Assembly (NCBI GenBank): GCA_046563655.1
Contig: CM102289.1
Span: 6,758,001-6,822,000 of the forward strand
Origin: Yuukianura sp. NJ FZ-2021
Lineage: Eukaryota
Length of the DNA stretch: 64,000 bases
Direction of reading: 5' to 3'
Shown: piece by piece, positions 1 to 13,666 of the stretch
Position numbering within the stretch: the first letter of the stretch is position 1
How the letters are laid out: every line of letters starts with the position of its first letter
The notes under the pieces: generated by a model
The model's database searches: none
Told to the model about the DNA's origin: nothing
What the model saw: only the letters and a program-made list of their open reading frames with translations
Made by a program: the position numbers and the translations under genes

Positions 1-270
1 TACTTTTCCTTCCATTCAATGTCTGTAACCATTTATATGCAATGTTTCGTCTTGAAATCACACCATGTCTTAGGGTTTCCAATTTCTATAAGTATCGATA
101 TCGTCTTGTGACTTCCCCTGCTCTCTAACGGCCCTTTGCCTGAACTAAAACACTTTTTATCACTAACAAACCAGCCAATCACATTCCATTTTACCCAACC
201 TTCTCTTCTGTAACCTGTAACACTTTTTCTCTTCTCTATTCTATCTTTCTGCGCTGAAGCTGTTTGCTAG

Positions 271-3200
271 TTGATGAATTGGCAGCATCAACAGGGTAAG
301 TTACACAACAAAAGAGAGCCATTTTAGGTTTTCCATTGCGCCGACGTACTTACTATACTGATAGCTGTTTCCACGCATGAAATGCTTAACACGTATCTGG
401 GCATCCACCTTCTAGTTAGTCGCTTTTAGATCAACTGTGCAAATCTTGTCACCTTCGAATATTTCAACCAATGCTTGCTTACCAGCTGATGTTGAGCATT
501 GTACAAGAGCTTGGAACAATACTGGAAACTGTTTGCAGGTACATCGGACTGTCAAGTCTCAGTGGAGATGCGAAACGTGTCAACGAACGAATGAATTTTC
601 CAAATCCCATAATTACTGTTACGGAACATACGCCTGCGCCAACTCCATCGCCGGAAAGAATGTACCGGTAAGGCATAGCTGAAGGCGGATTGAACGGATT
701 GAGGTTTGAATGTATTTTTTGAACTTAGACGCCGAGCAAGCTCCGTCGACAGTCAGCTGAGTGAATTTGTGCAAAAATTTGTGCAACATCGTAGCGGTGG
801 GGGTTGGAGACGACGTAGATTTCTTGGAAGATCCAAAAGCGATAGTAAGATTAACTACAGCGTGAATGAAGCAATGGAGGCTCCAGGAACTGCGCCGTAT
901 ATCACTGCTGATGGAGAGATTAACGTTAAAGTGATTTTTAAGGTAAATTCAAAACTCAACCCCTGTTCAAAATTTGATCAATGTCGATAAAACATGTTCA
1001 AAATTTTCCGCCTTTTCAATAATGTAAAGTTAACATGATTCAACAGGCATTGCATACCGTCTGTTCCCGTGAATCCATCGTACGATCGGTCAAAGTGTGT
1101 GCAGTGGCTCTCAGCTTGATTGACCTGCTTTTCCTAGAGGTTGAAAAAGACGAAGAGGTTGCCCTTGTTTTGGACACAATTATCAAGTATGTTACAAAAA
1201 TCTTAATTTTGTATTAATTAATTAATTCAAATTAATTAAACAGGATAACGACTTCTATGGGCTGTGCCCATGGTTGTGGAGATGCCCAACGCTGTAGCCA
1301 ATCAGACACTGTCCGGTCACATGTTCATAGCTTGTTCCTCCGAATTTCACACAAATTCCGGGTTCAGTTTGGAAAATGTTTTCAGCGCATGGTCACTACG
1401 CAGCCGCTGGCTGACATTATGGACTTCTTCCATTCACTTTGTGGATTTTGTATTGACCCGACTACACTACTGTCACCTCAAAGTAAAGACTTAAAAAAAA
1501 CTTAAATGAGGATTTGAGTTAAAAATGTTTTCGAAATTTCAGATCCAAAAATTCGAGATTTCTACGCTAGCTACATGAGTGGAATGGAAAACAATCACGG
1601 GAAAGTGGAATGCCACATTTTCAAGGCCGTTTTTAAAAGATTAGTTTCCCGCCTAGCTTCTGTTTCAAAGGAACTGAAAAATTCGGACAATATGGTAAGA
1701 CCCTATGAAGAAAAATTTACTTCCAAATTTCAAAAATTAACAACTGAAACCGTTTACTTCTTAAACTTCTAACATTCTAGTCACTTTACTGCGATGTTCG
1801 TCAATTCATTACTTATGTTTACGAAAACGATGGAAACACTTTTCGAAAAGTTGCACTCTCAGCTCTGATCGACTCTGTAAGAATATTTGGTGCTCCAAAT
1901 TATTTCAAAATACATTCCAGATTTTCAAAATTCTGTTTTAGATGGAAAGTCCAAACAAAAAAGATGCTTCTAGACAAACTCAAACTACCCGTATTGTGAG
2001 GTATGTTATGCGTTAGAGATATTTTTGTTTAAAAGAAAAACATATAAAAACAAAATTCAGTTTAAAATTCAATTTGAAATCGAAAATTTGTAGAAGAGTA
2101 CAGCAATCTGAAGATGCTGATTACTACGTAGTCGACGAAACGCAGGATAGGAGTGGCCCTTCCAGTGGAAACAACAACAGGAAAGGATTTTTCAAAAAGA
2201 AAAGTTCATCATCTACTTGTGCCGTTAGAAAAGAAATACTTGCACAAACTTAAAAATTCTCGCATTTCAAAAAATTTCAAGCTTTAAATTATTTTTTTGT
2301 TGTTTTCAGAGTATGGGTGACACTGAAAATGCTGGAGAAAGTCCAAGTGGAACTATGACTAGGAAACATGCTGCTCTAACTCCGAAATCCAGTGAAATTG
2401 ATTTGGTGCATTCAATCAAACGTGGTGGCGCTCCAAGCGGTGGTCTTGGTGGTCCGAAAAAAGAATCACGGCTTGTCAATTGGCTTAAGCGTGGGACTGG
2501 TGACAAATCAAAATCTTTTGATTTTGATTTTGAAGATACCACTTCAGTAACTTCCGGTTCTGGACTAAGCGAACCACAAAAACGAACAATCCGCCAAGCC
2601 ACGATTGTACAAAGAGCAAAACGTCGAGTTGAAGAGAGACTTAAAAGGATGAAATTAAAACGAGATTCTTCAAATGAGGAACATGGATCGGGTGGAGGAA
2701 TTAGTAGAAGAGGATCCATGGAAAATATTTCAAATGAAAATGTAACATTTTCAAAAATTAATTTCATATTTTCAACATTATAAGAATTTTGTTAATGTTT
2801 AGGTTGTTGGAGAGACTAATGAGTTCGTAGTACTCAAAGAACGAAGACTTGTAAATCCAACCGTAGTGAGAGATGGATTGACCAGATTCGGATTTTTACT
2901 AGAAATTACACATCCTGGATCTCTTCCAGACGCGCATTTACTTGCAGCCATTTTGGATTTGGTATGAAACTGTGTTTCAGGTTTGAATTTTTTTTTTAAA
3001 TTTTGAATATTCTTCAAAAATTTTTGAATTTTTAGCCAAAAACAGTCGTGGTGAGTCGAGCAGCGATATTGCTGGAATGCTGTTTCCTTGTCCACGCTTG
3101 CAACCGAGGTCATTGGCCTCTCTGGATGAAATTGCCACTGTTTAGACCTTCATGTGCAGGAATTACGATAGGGGTTACTAAACCGCAAGGAACCAAGTCT

Positions 3201-6200
3201 AGATTTGCACTTCAAAAAGCAGCGGGAAAAATGTTTCATCAATGGGGCGAAGCTCTGCACACTCGACTTGAAGAATTCAATCGAATTAATCGTGCCAAAG
3301 TGGCAGAATTAGATCTTTCGGATGAGCAAACACAAAAAGATTTGGCACAGAAAGATGACGAAGAAGATTTTCTAGACGAATGTAATTTCCAAACACTTTC
3401 ATAACTTGTTCAGCTTTTCAAAACGGAAGTTCAACGTGTTTGTTTTAAATTTTTTTAGCTTCTGTGGCTGACGGACTTGACTGTCCTTTGGCTCTCCAAA
3501 TCATTGCAGGAATGTTACTTTATGAAATTACAGCTTTTATTCGAGAAACTTACCAGGTAAGGATTCAAAATTTGGAAATTGTTTGGTTTGGAATTTGAAA
3601 TGATTTTTTTTGTTCAATTTTAGGCGTTACCGAAACTGGGCCAGACGAAAGTCCCTGCTGAAAAAGACCAGAAAGCGCAGGCTGTGAATACCGGAAATCG
3701 CCGTTGGAGTTACGGTAAGTCAGAGGAACTCAAATTGTGAAAACTGTTGTTGAGTTTTTTAAATTGAAAAGGCAAAAGTTCGCGGCATGTTTACAGGATT
3801 GTCTTCTATGGGCCAATCACAAGCTTCACATAGCCTACAATCTATAACGGATCCACATGCTGCTGCTTCTGCGCCTTCAGGTGAACGCAAAATCAGTTTT
3901 GTACTGCAAGATAACGAGTCGAACGAAAGTGGAGAAAAGGCTCACGTGAGTTCAAAAATTTCGAATTTCAAATGATAAAACCAGGCAAATTCAAACTCTT
4001 TTGCTATGTTAGGTTGAAGCTGAACAAGGAGACGACCGACGTGGCAGAAAAGTACGACCGCTGTTACTTCGACGTGGAACGGCAGCAAGTTCCAGTTTTC
4101 GTCGTCGCAGTATTAAACTTCAACGGAGCGGCAAAAAAGAACCGGACGGAGACTCTATTAAGCGATCCGACTCTTTAACGAGCGGAAAACGCAAAGTAAG
4201 TTCAATTTCCGATGACACTTCGGAACAAAACAGCGGAGACGAATCACCCGGCGTTTTGAGTAACACGGAAGAACAAGCTAACGAGGACGAGGGGCTGTAC
4301 ATGCCTTGGATTGGTTCGGTCATTGACTTCCTGTCGGCCATGCACTTCAAATGTAATCATCAGCAGTACTGTCACACTCACTGTCCAAGACGACTCATGC
4401 GTGGAGGGTCACGGCTGGTCAAAGCAGTTCGTAAAATTTATGGAGAGGAATTTGGAATTTCAAATTCAACTGGGTCGTTTGGACGGTTGGACAGTGCTGA
4501 CAGCAACGGCAACGGTGGAGTAAACAAACTTGAAGAGCCCGCCATTTTGAAATACATAAAACACAAAGTACAGGGTGGATTCCACGGTTTCTTTTCACTT
4601 CTGATCAAATCGGCATCTGTTTTGACTGAAGAGCAATACGTTGCCATCATCCCTACTGCATGGGAACTTCTTCTGGAACCAGATACTCAAGTAAAAATTT
4701 TTCAAAATTTTCAAGAACTTTGAATATTTTTTGTTTTATGAAAAAAAGAAAATCATTTCTGGATTTTAACAGATTAGTACATGTGCAGCAGCACTTTTCA
4801 TTTTGGCTGCAGCAAAGGCAGCTGAACAAGTCAAAACCCTGTTGCAGAGTGAATTTGAAAATTCAAATGCGCAGACGCGTCTGAACGCACTTCTGCGCTT
4901 CCAAGTTCTTTGGAGGTCACGTCATCAAGTTTGGCCAAGGATGGAAGAATTCTCGACCTTCAAAGCCCCGCCGCCTGGAATTGAATTCACACTTCCATCT
5001 CCGAAGTATTTCAAATTGAAAAGCTTTATCAAAAAATTCTAATGCTCAGTTTTTCAAATTTAAAACAAATTTTGAAATTTCAGAATTGGAGTAGAATGTA
5101 TTCCAGTTCCAGTTCCGCCGTGGATGCCACAAACAAAGGCCAAAGTAGAAGAAGTTACACTCAATCAAGATTCCCACATTTCCCGGGTAAATTTTCAATT
5201 TTGACTTTTTTTCAATTCAAGCGCTGAAATAATTTTTTTCTTTCATAGCGATACCTCGTAACTGCCACGAAAACGCGAAAAACGCAACAAGACGAACTGG
5301 TCAAGATGGCCCTAAAAGCAGAAGAAGACAAAAAGCGACTTGAACGGGAACAATTTCTTCTTACCGCCGTTCCTATTACTACGCAAGCATCCTATGAGCC
5401 AAGTGAGCTTAGGTTTACCGGGAAATTTTGAATTGGCGAATTTTTTCAAAATTTGTTGTAATTTTTGCCTTTCACAAGGTCTCCATCATTCCATAACTGA
5501 AGAAGACGACGATGAGGCACAGGCGCAAGGAGCTGCAGGTCAGACACCAGCAGCTCCAGGAACAGGCCCAAGTCCATCTCAAGGACCCCAACCTGCAACA
5601 GGTCCAAACGACAGCGTCACAGTTACGACAGGAATTTTGACATCAACGATGAAGTCGAGTCACCACCGTGGTCTCACCTTATTCCCATCGTCACTCTGTT
5701 CTGCAGCAGTTTTCATTATTCAGCTACTGGATGACCCAGCAGTGACCTTGGATGGCGGTGCTGTCTATGAAGTTGCTTACCAACTTCTGTGGAATTGCCT
5801 CGTCGAAGACTCTTCTTTGTTTCTTCGTCATATTTTTGAAAAACTTACAAAAGGCCGCCACGAGCTGATGTTCAAGGTGAGATTCAACAAAAGAGCAAAA
5901 TCCAAAATTTAAAAATTTCAAATACTTTTTTTTAGACTTTGCGTCATCTTATAATGTTCGTACCGAGACTTCCGCAACAAGCAGCATTTTCTCTGTACAA
6001 CCACATCATTGGTTTCATAATGTTCCATACGAGGTCACCACAAGATACAAGTTTGGAGATGATTGGTTCAGCACTCTCCGTGCTGTGGATGGTTGTTCAC
6101 AGTGTTCAAGGAATTATGTTCAAAGATTTAAAACAGATTCTGAGAAAAGAACAAGCGGATGCTTCCATTCTTCTGACAGCCAACGTTCCAGCAGCCAAGA

Positions 6201-9200
6201 AAATCATTGTGCACGGTCCACTTGGACCCGAAGCAGGAGGAATTCCGACACAATTTCCAGTTCAAGAAGATACTCAATTTGTACAAATTTTGAGAGAGTC
6301 ACATGACTTTTTCAGCATCGATGAGGAGCATCACAAAGAATATTTCCTCATTGATCACAAAACGCGTAAGCTTGGCCAAAAAATAAAATTTCAAAGATCA
6401 AAAACTAAATTTTGCTTTTAAAATTTTTCTAGATCAAATGCACAATCCGAATGCTTACGTCCGAGATTTCTACTTTTTCTCAAGAGCTCAGCATCCACAA
6501 CTGAGTCTGGTCCATATGGCACCCGACCATGCTTACAGCGCCCTCCAGCGACAGTCGTTCATTCTCAAATTTTTGGAAACTGGAAAAGGTTAGTACCCAA
6601 ATCCAAAATTTAAAAAAAAAAATTTGTTTCACTCAAATTTTATAATTTTTAAATGAAATATTAGTCACACTGACATGGGCGATTCTGAAAAATGTGGATC
6701 AAGTCGTCCAACGCGTCGTTTTCCTACACGACGAACTGATGAAGCTACCGTCGTTTCCGCGGAAGGCCCTTGAATCTGATATGGACATTTGCAAAGGCGG
6801 TATGATGGGACGTGTAAGTTGAAACATAACATTTGAAACGTGACCTTTGATTTTTGTTTTTGACCTTTGACCATGTCTTGTTTACACAGGAGCTACTGGG
6901 ACTCGATGTACTTCATAAATTTATGTGGACAAAACTTATTACACGGATGTTTGAGGCCATGTCGGGAAATTTTGCCTATTCGGGTGACATTCATCTTTTT
7001 GTTAACGTTCTCAGCGGCTCACTTTTTGTTCACTCCGAAGATGCGTCGATTATTCGCTACGTTATTGCGGCATTCATAAATGCTGCACAACAGTTCAAAA
7101 ATATATTTTCAACCAATGGCTACCTTCTCATTATGCCCCCGCTTTTACTTACCTACTGCAACCATCAGAGCAACCCACTTGGTATGCTAAATCAAAATTT
7201 TTAGCACGTTTGCATGAAGGAATCTAGTTTTATTTTGAATCTTCTAAAACCATGGCGGATTTTTTTGTTTGAAGTTACCGGTTCAGTAGAATTTGCCGTA
7301 AAAGAATTTTACCTTCTGCATCGAAAGCCGTTTGTGTTGCAAATGTTTGGAGCACTCGCAGCACTTCTGGATACAGATGAAATCGGTCAGTTCGGCGATC
7401 CGACACGCGTTCCTTCAAAATGTTTGTTCCGTCTTCTACTGTCTCTCGAAACACCAACACCCGATCCACTTCATATTACCGAACTGATCCATGGTTCGCA
7501 ACCCCTACGACCTCTGGACTTCTGCTACCATGACGACTCTGATGAAATTACCGTCCTGGATTGCATTTCAATGTGCGTCTGTGTCGTAGCCTACGCGTCA
7601 GATTCCCTACGTGGACAACAAATGTTAACTATTCTGGAAGCAGTTTTGCCACCATATTTACTTCACATTCAAACAAACAAAACGGAGGGCAAAACGGAAC
7701 GGGACATTATCAATCACATTGCTGTTGCTATCCGAACACTAGTGAACAACTGTGAACCATTGGCCAAGTACGACCGACATTTTTGAAATTCAAAATTTTT
7801 GAAATTTTTGAACCTTTTTTTTTGCTTGCATAGAAATTATTCTGGACCGCAAATGTCTAGTCCGACGGACAACAGAGGCTCAAGTCAAAGAAATTACAGC
7901 AAAGGAGGTTTGCCTGGTTACGAGTTTGCTGATGACGATTCACATTCAAAGTACATGAGTGATCACTCCAGGAACAAAAATGCATATGATCGTGATATGC
8001 AAGACTCAGAGGTATGTCTTTCAAATTTTCAAAAAATATGAATTTTTTGAAAATATTTTTGAATGTAGGTAATCCGCGATGAATTTCGACGGCCCAGAGA
8101 CACACTGCTCTGCCTCGTTGCTGACTTCTACAGCAAGACGCTCGTACGATTAGGAGAGTTGGCCAAAAAAGGTGGAGCTGAGGCAAAACCAGTTGAATTG
8201 TTGGACATGAAAAGTCATACTGTAAAACTTCAATTAAAAAAATTTCGATTTTTTGAAACATTGAGTAAAAGTTTTTTGAAATTTTGGTTTCAGCGTCTGT
8301 CTGAAGTAGCCATGAGTCTGCTTAAAGTGAGTCCTTATGATTCAGCCACGATGGGATGTCGTGGACTACAGCGCTACATGAACGAAGTTTTCCCGTTTGG
8401 AGAATGGTCACATGAAAGTGCTCGTCCGTCCTTAACAGCCTTCCTGCGCCGATTGGATAAAACTTTTTTAAAAATCTGCAAGAAACCATCCATACGCGTA
8501 ATCTAAAATTCCCGCCAAATTCAAAAATACAATTTTAAGGACATTCTTGATCTGTTTTAGCGAAATGCCGACTGGGAAGCTGCCGCGGGATTGCTCAAAG
8601 GAGTCTACCAAGCTCTATGGCGACATCCGTACATTGTGCACATGGCGTACCTCAAATCCCTAGTTAATACGTGCCAGGTATAACGAGAATGACATTTTTT
8701 GCATTGCAGCGTCGATGAACTCCCAATTTACGATTTGTGCTATTTTTAGCAATGTCTGCTTATGGGTGACGGTGGCGCGAGTGAATCTGGCTTAAGCTCG
8801 GCTGGAGCTGCTCTTATGGGGAAAATTCCACCGACGCATTTTTGTTCTACCGTGGTTCGCCTTTTGGCGCTTCAAATTCGAGCTCAAGGAGAAAGTTATT
8901 CCCTTGAACAAGCTTGCGGAATACTTCCAAATTTGCCAATTTCTCAAGAAAAGTCTGACGTTCTTTTATTGAATCTGTTACTTCCAATGTGCTTGCGTGT
9001 TGGTAGTGGTCGGAAAGGTAAAGCGGCCAACTTAAAATCCAAAAATTACACATCACATCTTACAAAAATTGTTTTCAGATGTTCCAAAAATGCGAAAGTC
9101 GGATATTCTTTTCATCTTAAACGTGATTCTATCAAGCATCAGTCCTACTGGACACAGAATTAGAACGGGTACGGACGTCAACAGTACTGCAACTACAACA

Positions 9201-11344
9201 ATCATGGGCAGTGTGAGTGCTCCACGTGCTGGGAGCATCTGTGAACGAAAATTGAAAAATTCTACTTGTCAAATCGCGTTTCTCGGTTTGAAAATTTTGT
9301 GCGTTTGTTTTGATACGGAACTGAGCACTGAATGGCCACGTACGGTACGGTTGATTCATGAACTTGGAAATCGCGTTGAAGGTGCTGCAGCACTTTGGGA
9401 TTTTCTGGAATTTGTTGTAACTGTTCGAACTTCAATTTATCCAATGTTCAGACCATTTATTGCACAGAAGGTAAACTTTTAGCAATGTTATCTTAACTTG
9501 TGTGCATTTCATTAAAGTTTTTGTCTTGTACGTAGATGGCAAAAACTCCAACAAATGACAATGAACGTCACTTTCAATTTGTCATACGAGAAAAGATGCG
9601 TGGAATCACTTTGGGAAAATGTAAAGGAAGTCTGCTCATAGAAATTGCACATCAGTTGAAACAACTGAAAGAAGAGTTGGAAAGCAAGCAAGGTTTGTGT
9701 TTCAAAATTTGAATTTGAAAAATAGCATTTGATTTTTTCTGATTTTCGAATTGGAAAAAATTGCAGAGGAAATTATTTTGAACAAACGAAACCTGGTCAG
9801 TGAGCATGAAGCGACTCGAAGGCCACGCCCATCACTATCCGAACTTTTTCCGGGAATCGCTGCTCGCTTCAGCACTTCTGCGCCTACGACTGAAGAAAAA
9901 GCCAATCGCGCGTTAAACAGAGAATCTAGTGTTAGAGTCAAAGCGTCATCACAGGGTAAGTGTATTTTATAGGTTCAAGTTTTTTGAAAGTTCGGAAATA
10001 AGTGAAAATGGAATCAAATTTTAAAATTGCCGCTTGAGCCAAATTCAGATTAACCAATTGGGTTAATTGTTAAACTCTTAGAACTTTACCTGTCAAACAT
10101 GTTGCAAGAAGAAAATGAACATGTCGTCACACAATAATTTCTTCTGTTCATGGAATTCAAAAATTGTCTTGTTTGAATTTTGTCTTTCCCGCGCGCTCCC
10201 TCTCGCGCTTTGAATGTTTAGTTTTTACACAATGACCTTGCCGTTGTCTCTGATTGTTTGTTGGATATTCTCTAAAGGTCGAATGGTGGATCGCTTCATG
10301 CGTCGAGTCTCCATTGCAGGAGATGCACCATTTACAATTCCTGAAAACTCTGTACTCAAGGCCAAAGGTTTAATTTTTTCATCAAAAGTCATCATCTACT
10401 TCACTTTTTTACCTATCGCTTTTCAGCCGCCATTTTGTTTTGTTACAAATTTGCACATTCTGTCACCTAAACCGTTTGAAACTTGTTTTGGATGTTTTTG
10501 AACTGCACCTTTATGCATGCCTTCATAGACTTTTTGAATTGCACAAACTTGCTATTCTGACAAGTGAAATCTAACGCGCAATTTTTCAAAATTTGGATTT
10601 ACAATAGAACGGAGTGAAGAAAGTTTTGAAGCCCATCCAGAAAGTGGAAGCGTTCCAGAAACGAGTTCAATTTTGGAGGAGGAGCCAAAATCACATCGAC
10701 TCCAGCGCCAAAAATTTCAAAGCCGGAAGACGTTTCGTTTTCGAAAAAGTCGAAAAGGCAACTTAGAGGTGCGTTTTGAGTTTTCAAAATTTTGACTTCT
10801 TCTACATGTAAAGTTTTTTTTGATTTTGTAGTTTTCAAGTATTGATGTTGGAGAAGAGAGTCCTGAATCTCCATTGTCTCCTTTGCCAAAAGAAGAAGCA
10901 ACTGAAGAATTACTTCCAGACGATCCGCCGCCAGAATCAAAAATTCCCGCCACTGTTTGTGGCAGCGGTGGAACTTCGCTGCGTATTCGACCAAAACGCA
11001 AGAAATCCGTTTCTCCACAAAATGGTGCTGATTGTGACAGTCAAAATTCTTTTTCAAGAACTTCTAGTACGTGTGGCTACAGAGAAAGCTTTGGTGAGTT
11101 TTAGTTTGAGAGAAAAGGCTAAGGTCAAAGGTCACTGCTAATTTTTGTTCCATTTGCGTTACACTTAGGTTCTGCTGAAAGATACAGTTTACAAATGTTG
11201 GAAAGACTTGAAGTTCCTAATGCAGAGGAGCTTGAGCGGGAACGAGCGGGTGGTGGAAGTAGTCGGAGCGGCAGTACTTCATCAAAGAAAAGAAACGAAA
11301 AAAGCGACAAAGTCGGTGAAGACGAAGACGATACTCTCATCTGA
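271..11344 (+). CDS. unc80: UNC-80 (NALCN channel complex subunit), multi-exon, 5' end probably outside the window
   Basis: Spliced ORFs carry UNC80-typical segments: HPGSLPDAHLLAAILDL, VVSRAAILLECCFLVHACNRGHWPLWMK, RFQVLWRSRHQVWPRMEE..FKAPPPGIEFTLPSPKIG, DLKQILRKEQADASILLTANVPAAKKIIVHGP, ELLGLDVLHKFMW, SLLKVSPYDSATMGCRGLQRY. The last exon ends EDEDDTLI-TGA at 11342-11344. Confidence 0.93.
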
Positions 11345-11612
11345 CTGTAGTTCGATCACATGATTTTCGGATGTGAAAATCACGTGATCGGTAAAGTTCG
11401 TTGATTTTTTAGTTTTCGTAACAATGGCTTCCATGTTTTAGTCATCCAGTAAACTGCTTGTGGTACTCAAAAATTGTTGTCAAATTGAAAAGTGCCAAAA
11501 CATTTAGTTGAAATTTGAAATATTCCAAAATAAAAACAGTTTGGGTAATGGAAGCCATACGTTCGTACCTTGTTCAAAGGTCAAAGGTAAACAGTTTTTC
11601 TTTTTTATTATT

Positions 11613-11700
11613 ATGTTTTACAATAAAATTACACAATGCGTGGTGTTTATAACATAAAAAAGTTTTATTCCATAATATTCCGCTCCTTGTACAATTTTTA
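11613..11700 (+). repeat. Left copy (first half) of a diverged direct repeat; continues at about 12979-13060 after the inserted element
   Basis: atgttttacaataaaattac...gttttattcca..aat..tc.gctc.ttgt.caatt aligns without gaps to 18733-18820, roughly 80% identical by eye. Confidence 0.8.
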
Positions 11701-12978
11701 TTAAGTAATCGTCAGATACTTATAGGGATCGTCTTGTCCGTCCGTCCGTCTGTCGTCCGTCCGTCTAATGGTTACAACTCGATAACCACTGAATTGATTT
11801 TTAACCGGTGTTTTTATATTAGTAACTAACTACTGACCAGATAACTAAAAATTAGTTTTTGGATTCACCTCGAGTGACCTCTAATGGTGTCAAAGGTCAA
11901 GCAGGTCAGGCTATTTCCAATTGTGTTATTTAAAAAGAGTGATTTTCCTACTAAAGTTTTAGCATTTTGGAATTTGGAATTATGTTATTTAAAAAGAGTG
12001 ATTTTCCTACTAAATTTTTTAAAGTTTTGGAATTTGGAATTGTGTTATTTAAAAAGAGTGATTTTCCTACTAAATTTTTAACTTTTTGGAATTTGGAATT
12101 ATGTTATTTAAAAAGAGTGATTTTCCTACTAAATTTTTAACTTTTTGGAATTTGGAATTGTTATTTAAAAAGAGTGATTTTCCTACTAAATTTTTAACTT
12201 TTTGGAATTTGGAATTATGTTATTCAAAAAGAGTGATTTTCCTACTAAATTTTTAACGTTTTGGAAATTGGAATTATGTTATTTAAAAAGAGAGATTTTC
12301 CTACTAAATTTTTAACGTTTTGGAATTTGGAATTGTTATTTAAAAAGAGTGATTTTCCTACTAAATTTTTAACTTTTTGGAATTTGGAATTATGTTATTC
12401 AAAAAGAGTGATTTTCCTACTAAATTTTTAACGTTTTGGAATTTGGAATTATGTTATTTAAAAAGAGTGATTTTCCTACTAAATTTTTAACGTTTTGGAA
12501 TTTGGAATTATGTTATTTAAAAAGAGTGATTTTCCTACTAAATTTCTAACGTTTTGGAATTTGGAATTATGTTATTTAAAAAGAGTGATTTTCCTACTAA
12601 ATTTCTAACGTTTTGGAATTTGGAATTATGTTATTTAAAAAGAGTGATTTTCCTACTAAATTTCTAACGTTTTGGAATTTGGAATTATGGACCGATTCGG
12701 CAGCGGTTTGCGGGGTTCCGTTTTTCTGACCTCCAGTGACCTCGAGGGTCAAGGCTCAAGGTCTTAGTTTTCTCTATAATTGGCAAACGGATGGACCGAT
12801 TCGGAAGTGGTTTCTGGGGATGGATGTTTGACGACGCGAGGACTAAGATTCCGAATGTTGTTTGACCTCAAGTGACCTCTAATAATACCATAGATCAAGG
12901 CCAACAATATCTTGCGCGGGAACTCTCTATAATTGATCTAACGATACTTATTTATATCGTCTTTGCAAGAAGTTTATT
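11701..12978 (+). mobile_element. Non-autonomous Helentron/DINE-1-like (HINE) element, copy 1
   Basis: The 5' end ttaagta(a)tcgtcagatacttatagggatcgt is followed by a (GTCC/GTCT)n microsatellite. A subterminal inverted repeat atct(a)acgatactta lies near the 3' end, there is a central tandem array, the insertion site is T-rich and no TSD is evident. Both ends match the copy at 52405-53523. Confidence 0.82.
11917..12688 (+). repeat. Tandem satellite, about 59-bp unit, about 13 copies, inside the HINE element
   Basis: Unit ttttggaatttggaattatgttatttaaaaagagtgattttcctactaaatttttaac(g/t) is repeated head to tail. Confidence 0.97.
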
Positions 12979-13666
12979 TCTTCTTGCAAAGCAAAATTCG
13001 TTTAACTCCTATTGTGTTGTTCTTTTGCTTTTCCAGAACAATGTCTACTTCCTTGTAATTTACATGTTGTAAATGCAATGTAAATGAAAGTCGTCAAAAC
13101 TGCTCGTGGATTATGGGGTATAATTTCTCTCAAACGTGTTAATTGTTCAATAAAATGTAAGTATTTCCTTCATTCTTATTCATTTAGTTTGGGGCAGTTT
13201 CTATTGCATTTTCAGTTACATCCTGCCTTCCCACACTAACAAAATTAGTCATCATCATTCACATAAATTAGTGACAAGGTTATGGCTGAGAAGGCGTACG
13301 CTTTTCTATTGACGCAAAAGCAAAACACTGTTGGTGCTTTAAAGTAGTAAAGTCAGAATTTACGTCATTTGTTTGTAGTGTTGGTACTAACTTATCAACC
13401 ACTTTATGACACTAACTTAACCAACGAGTAGTATGCCTCTAACCACACACTGAAAATAAGACCTTCAAAACGACAATTGCTCTTTTATTGCCAGTGAGGA
13501 CCTAGATTAGGTTAACGACTATATTCTATTTTTTGTTTCGTTTTTCCAGGATCTGTGACAGTATACCTGTGTGGTTGTCTGGCTTTGTGTTCAAAAAACT
13601 ATTATTTTCAGTGAATTATTTAGTTATTATTTATTTGAAAATCAGTGTAGTGTAGTCCTTTAAATC

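Noticed and set aside
11884..12081. 65-aa ORF with a repeated peptide
   Set aside because: Read-through of the satellite; not a gene.
11917..12688. Regular repeat array as a possible CRISPR
   Set aside because: Units are contiguous near-identical monomers with no unique spacers, there are no cas genes, and the context is eukaryotic.
12961..12991. 12-bp hairpin ctttgcaagaag/cttcttgcaaag as the element's 3' terminal stem-loop
   Set aside because: The second arm is missing in copy 2 and resembles flanking sequence at the empty site (about 18822), so it cannot be assigned to the element.
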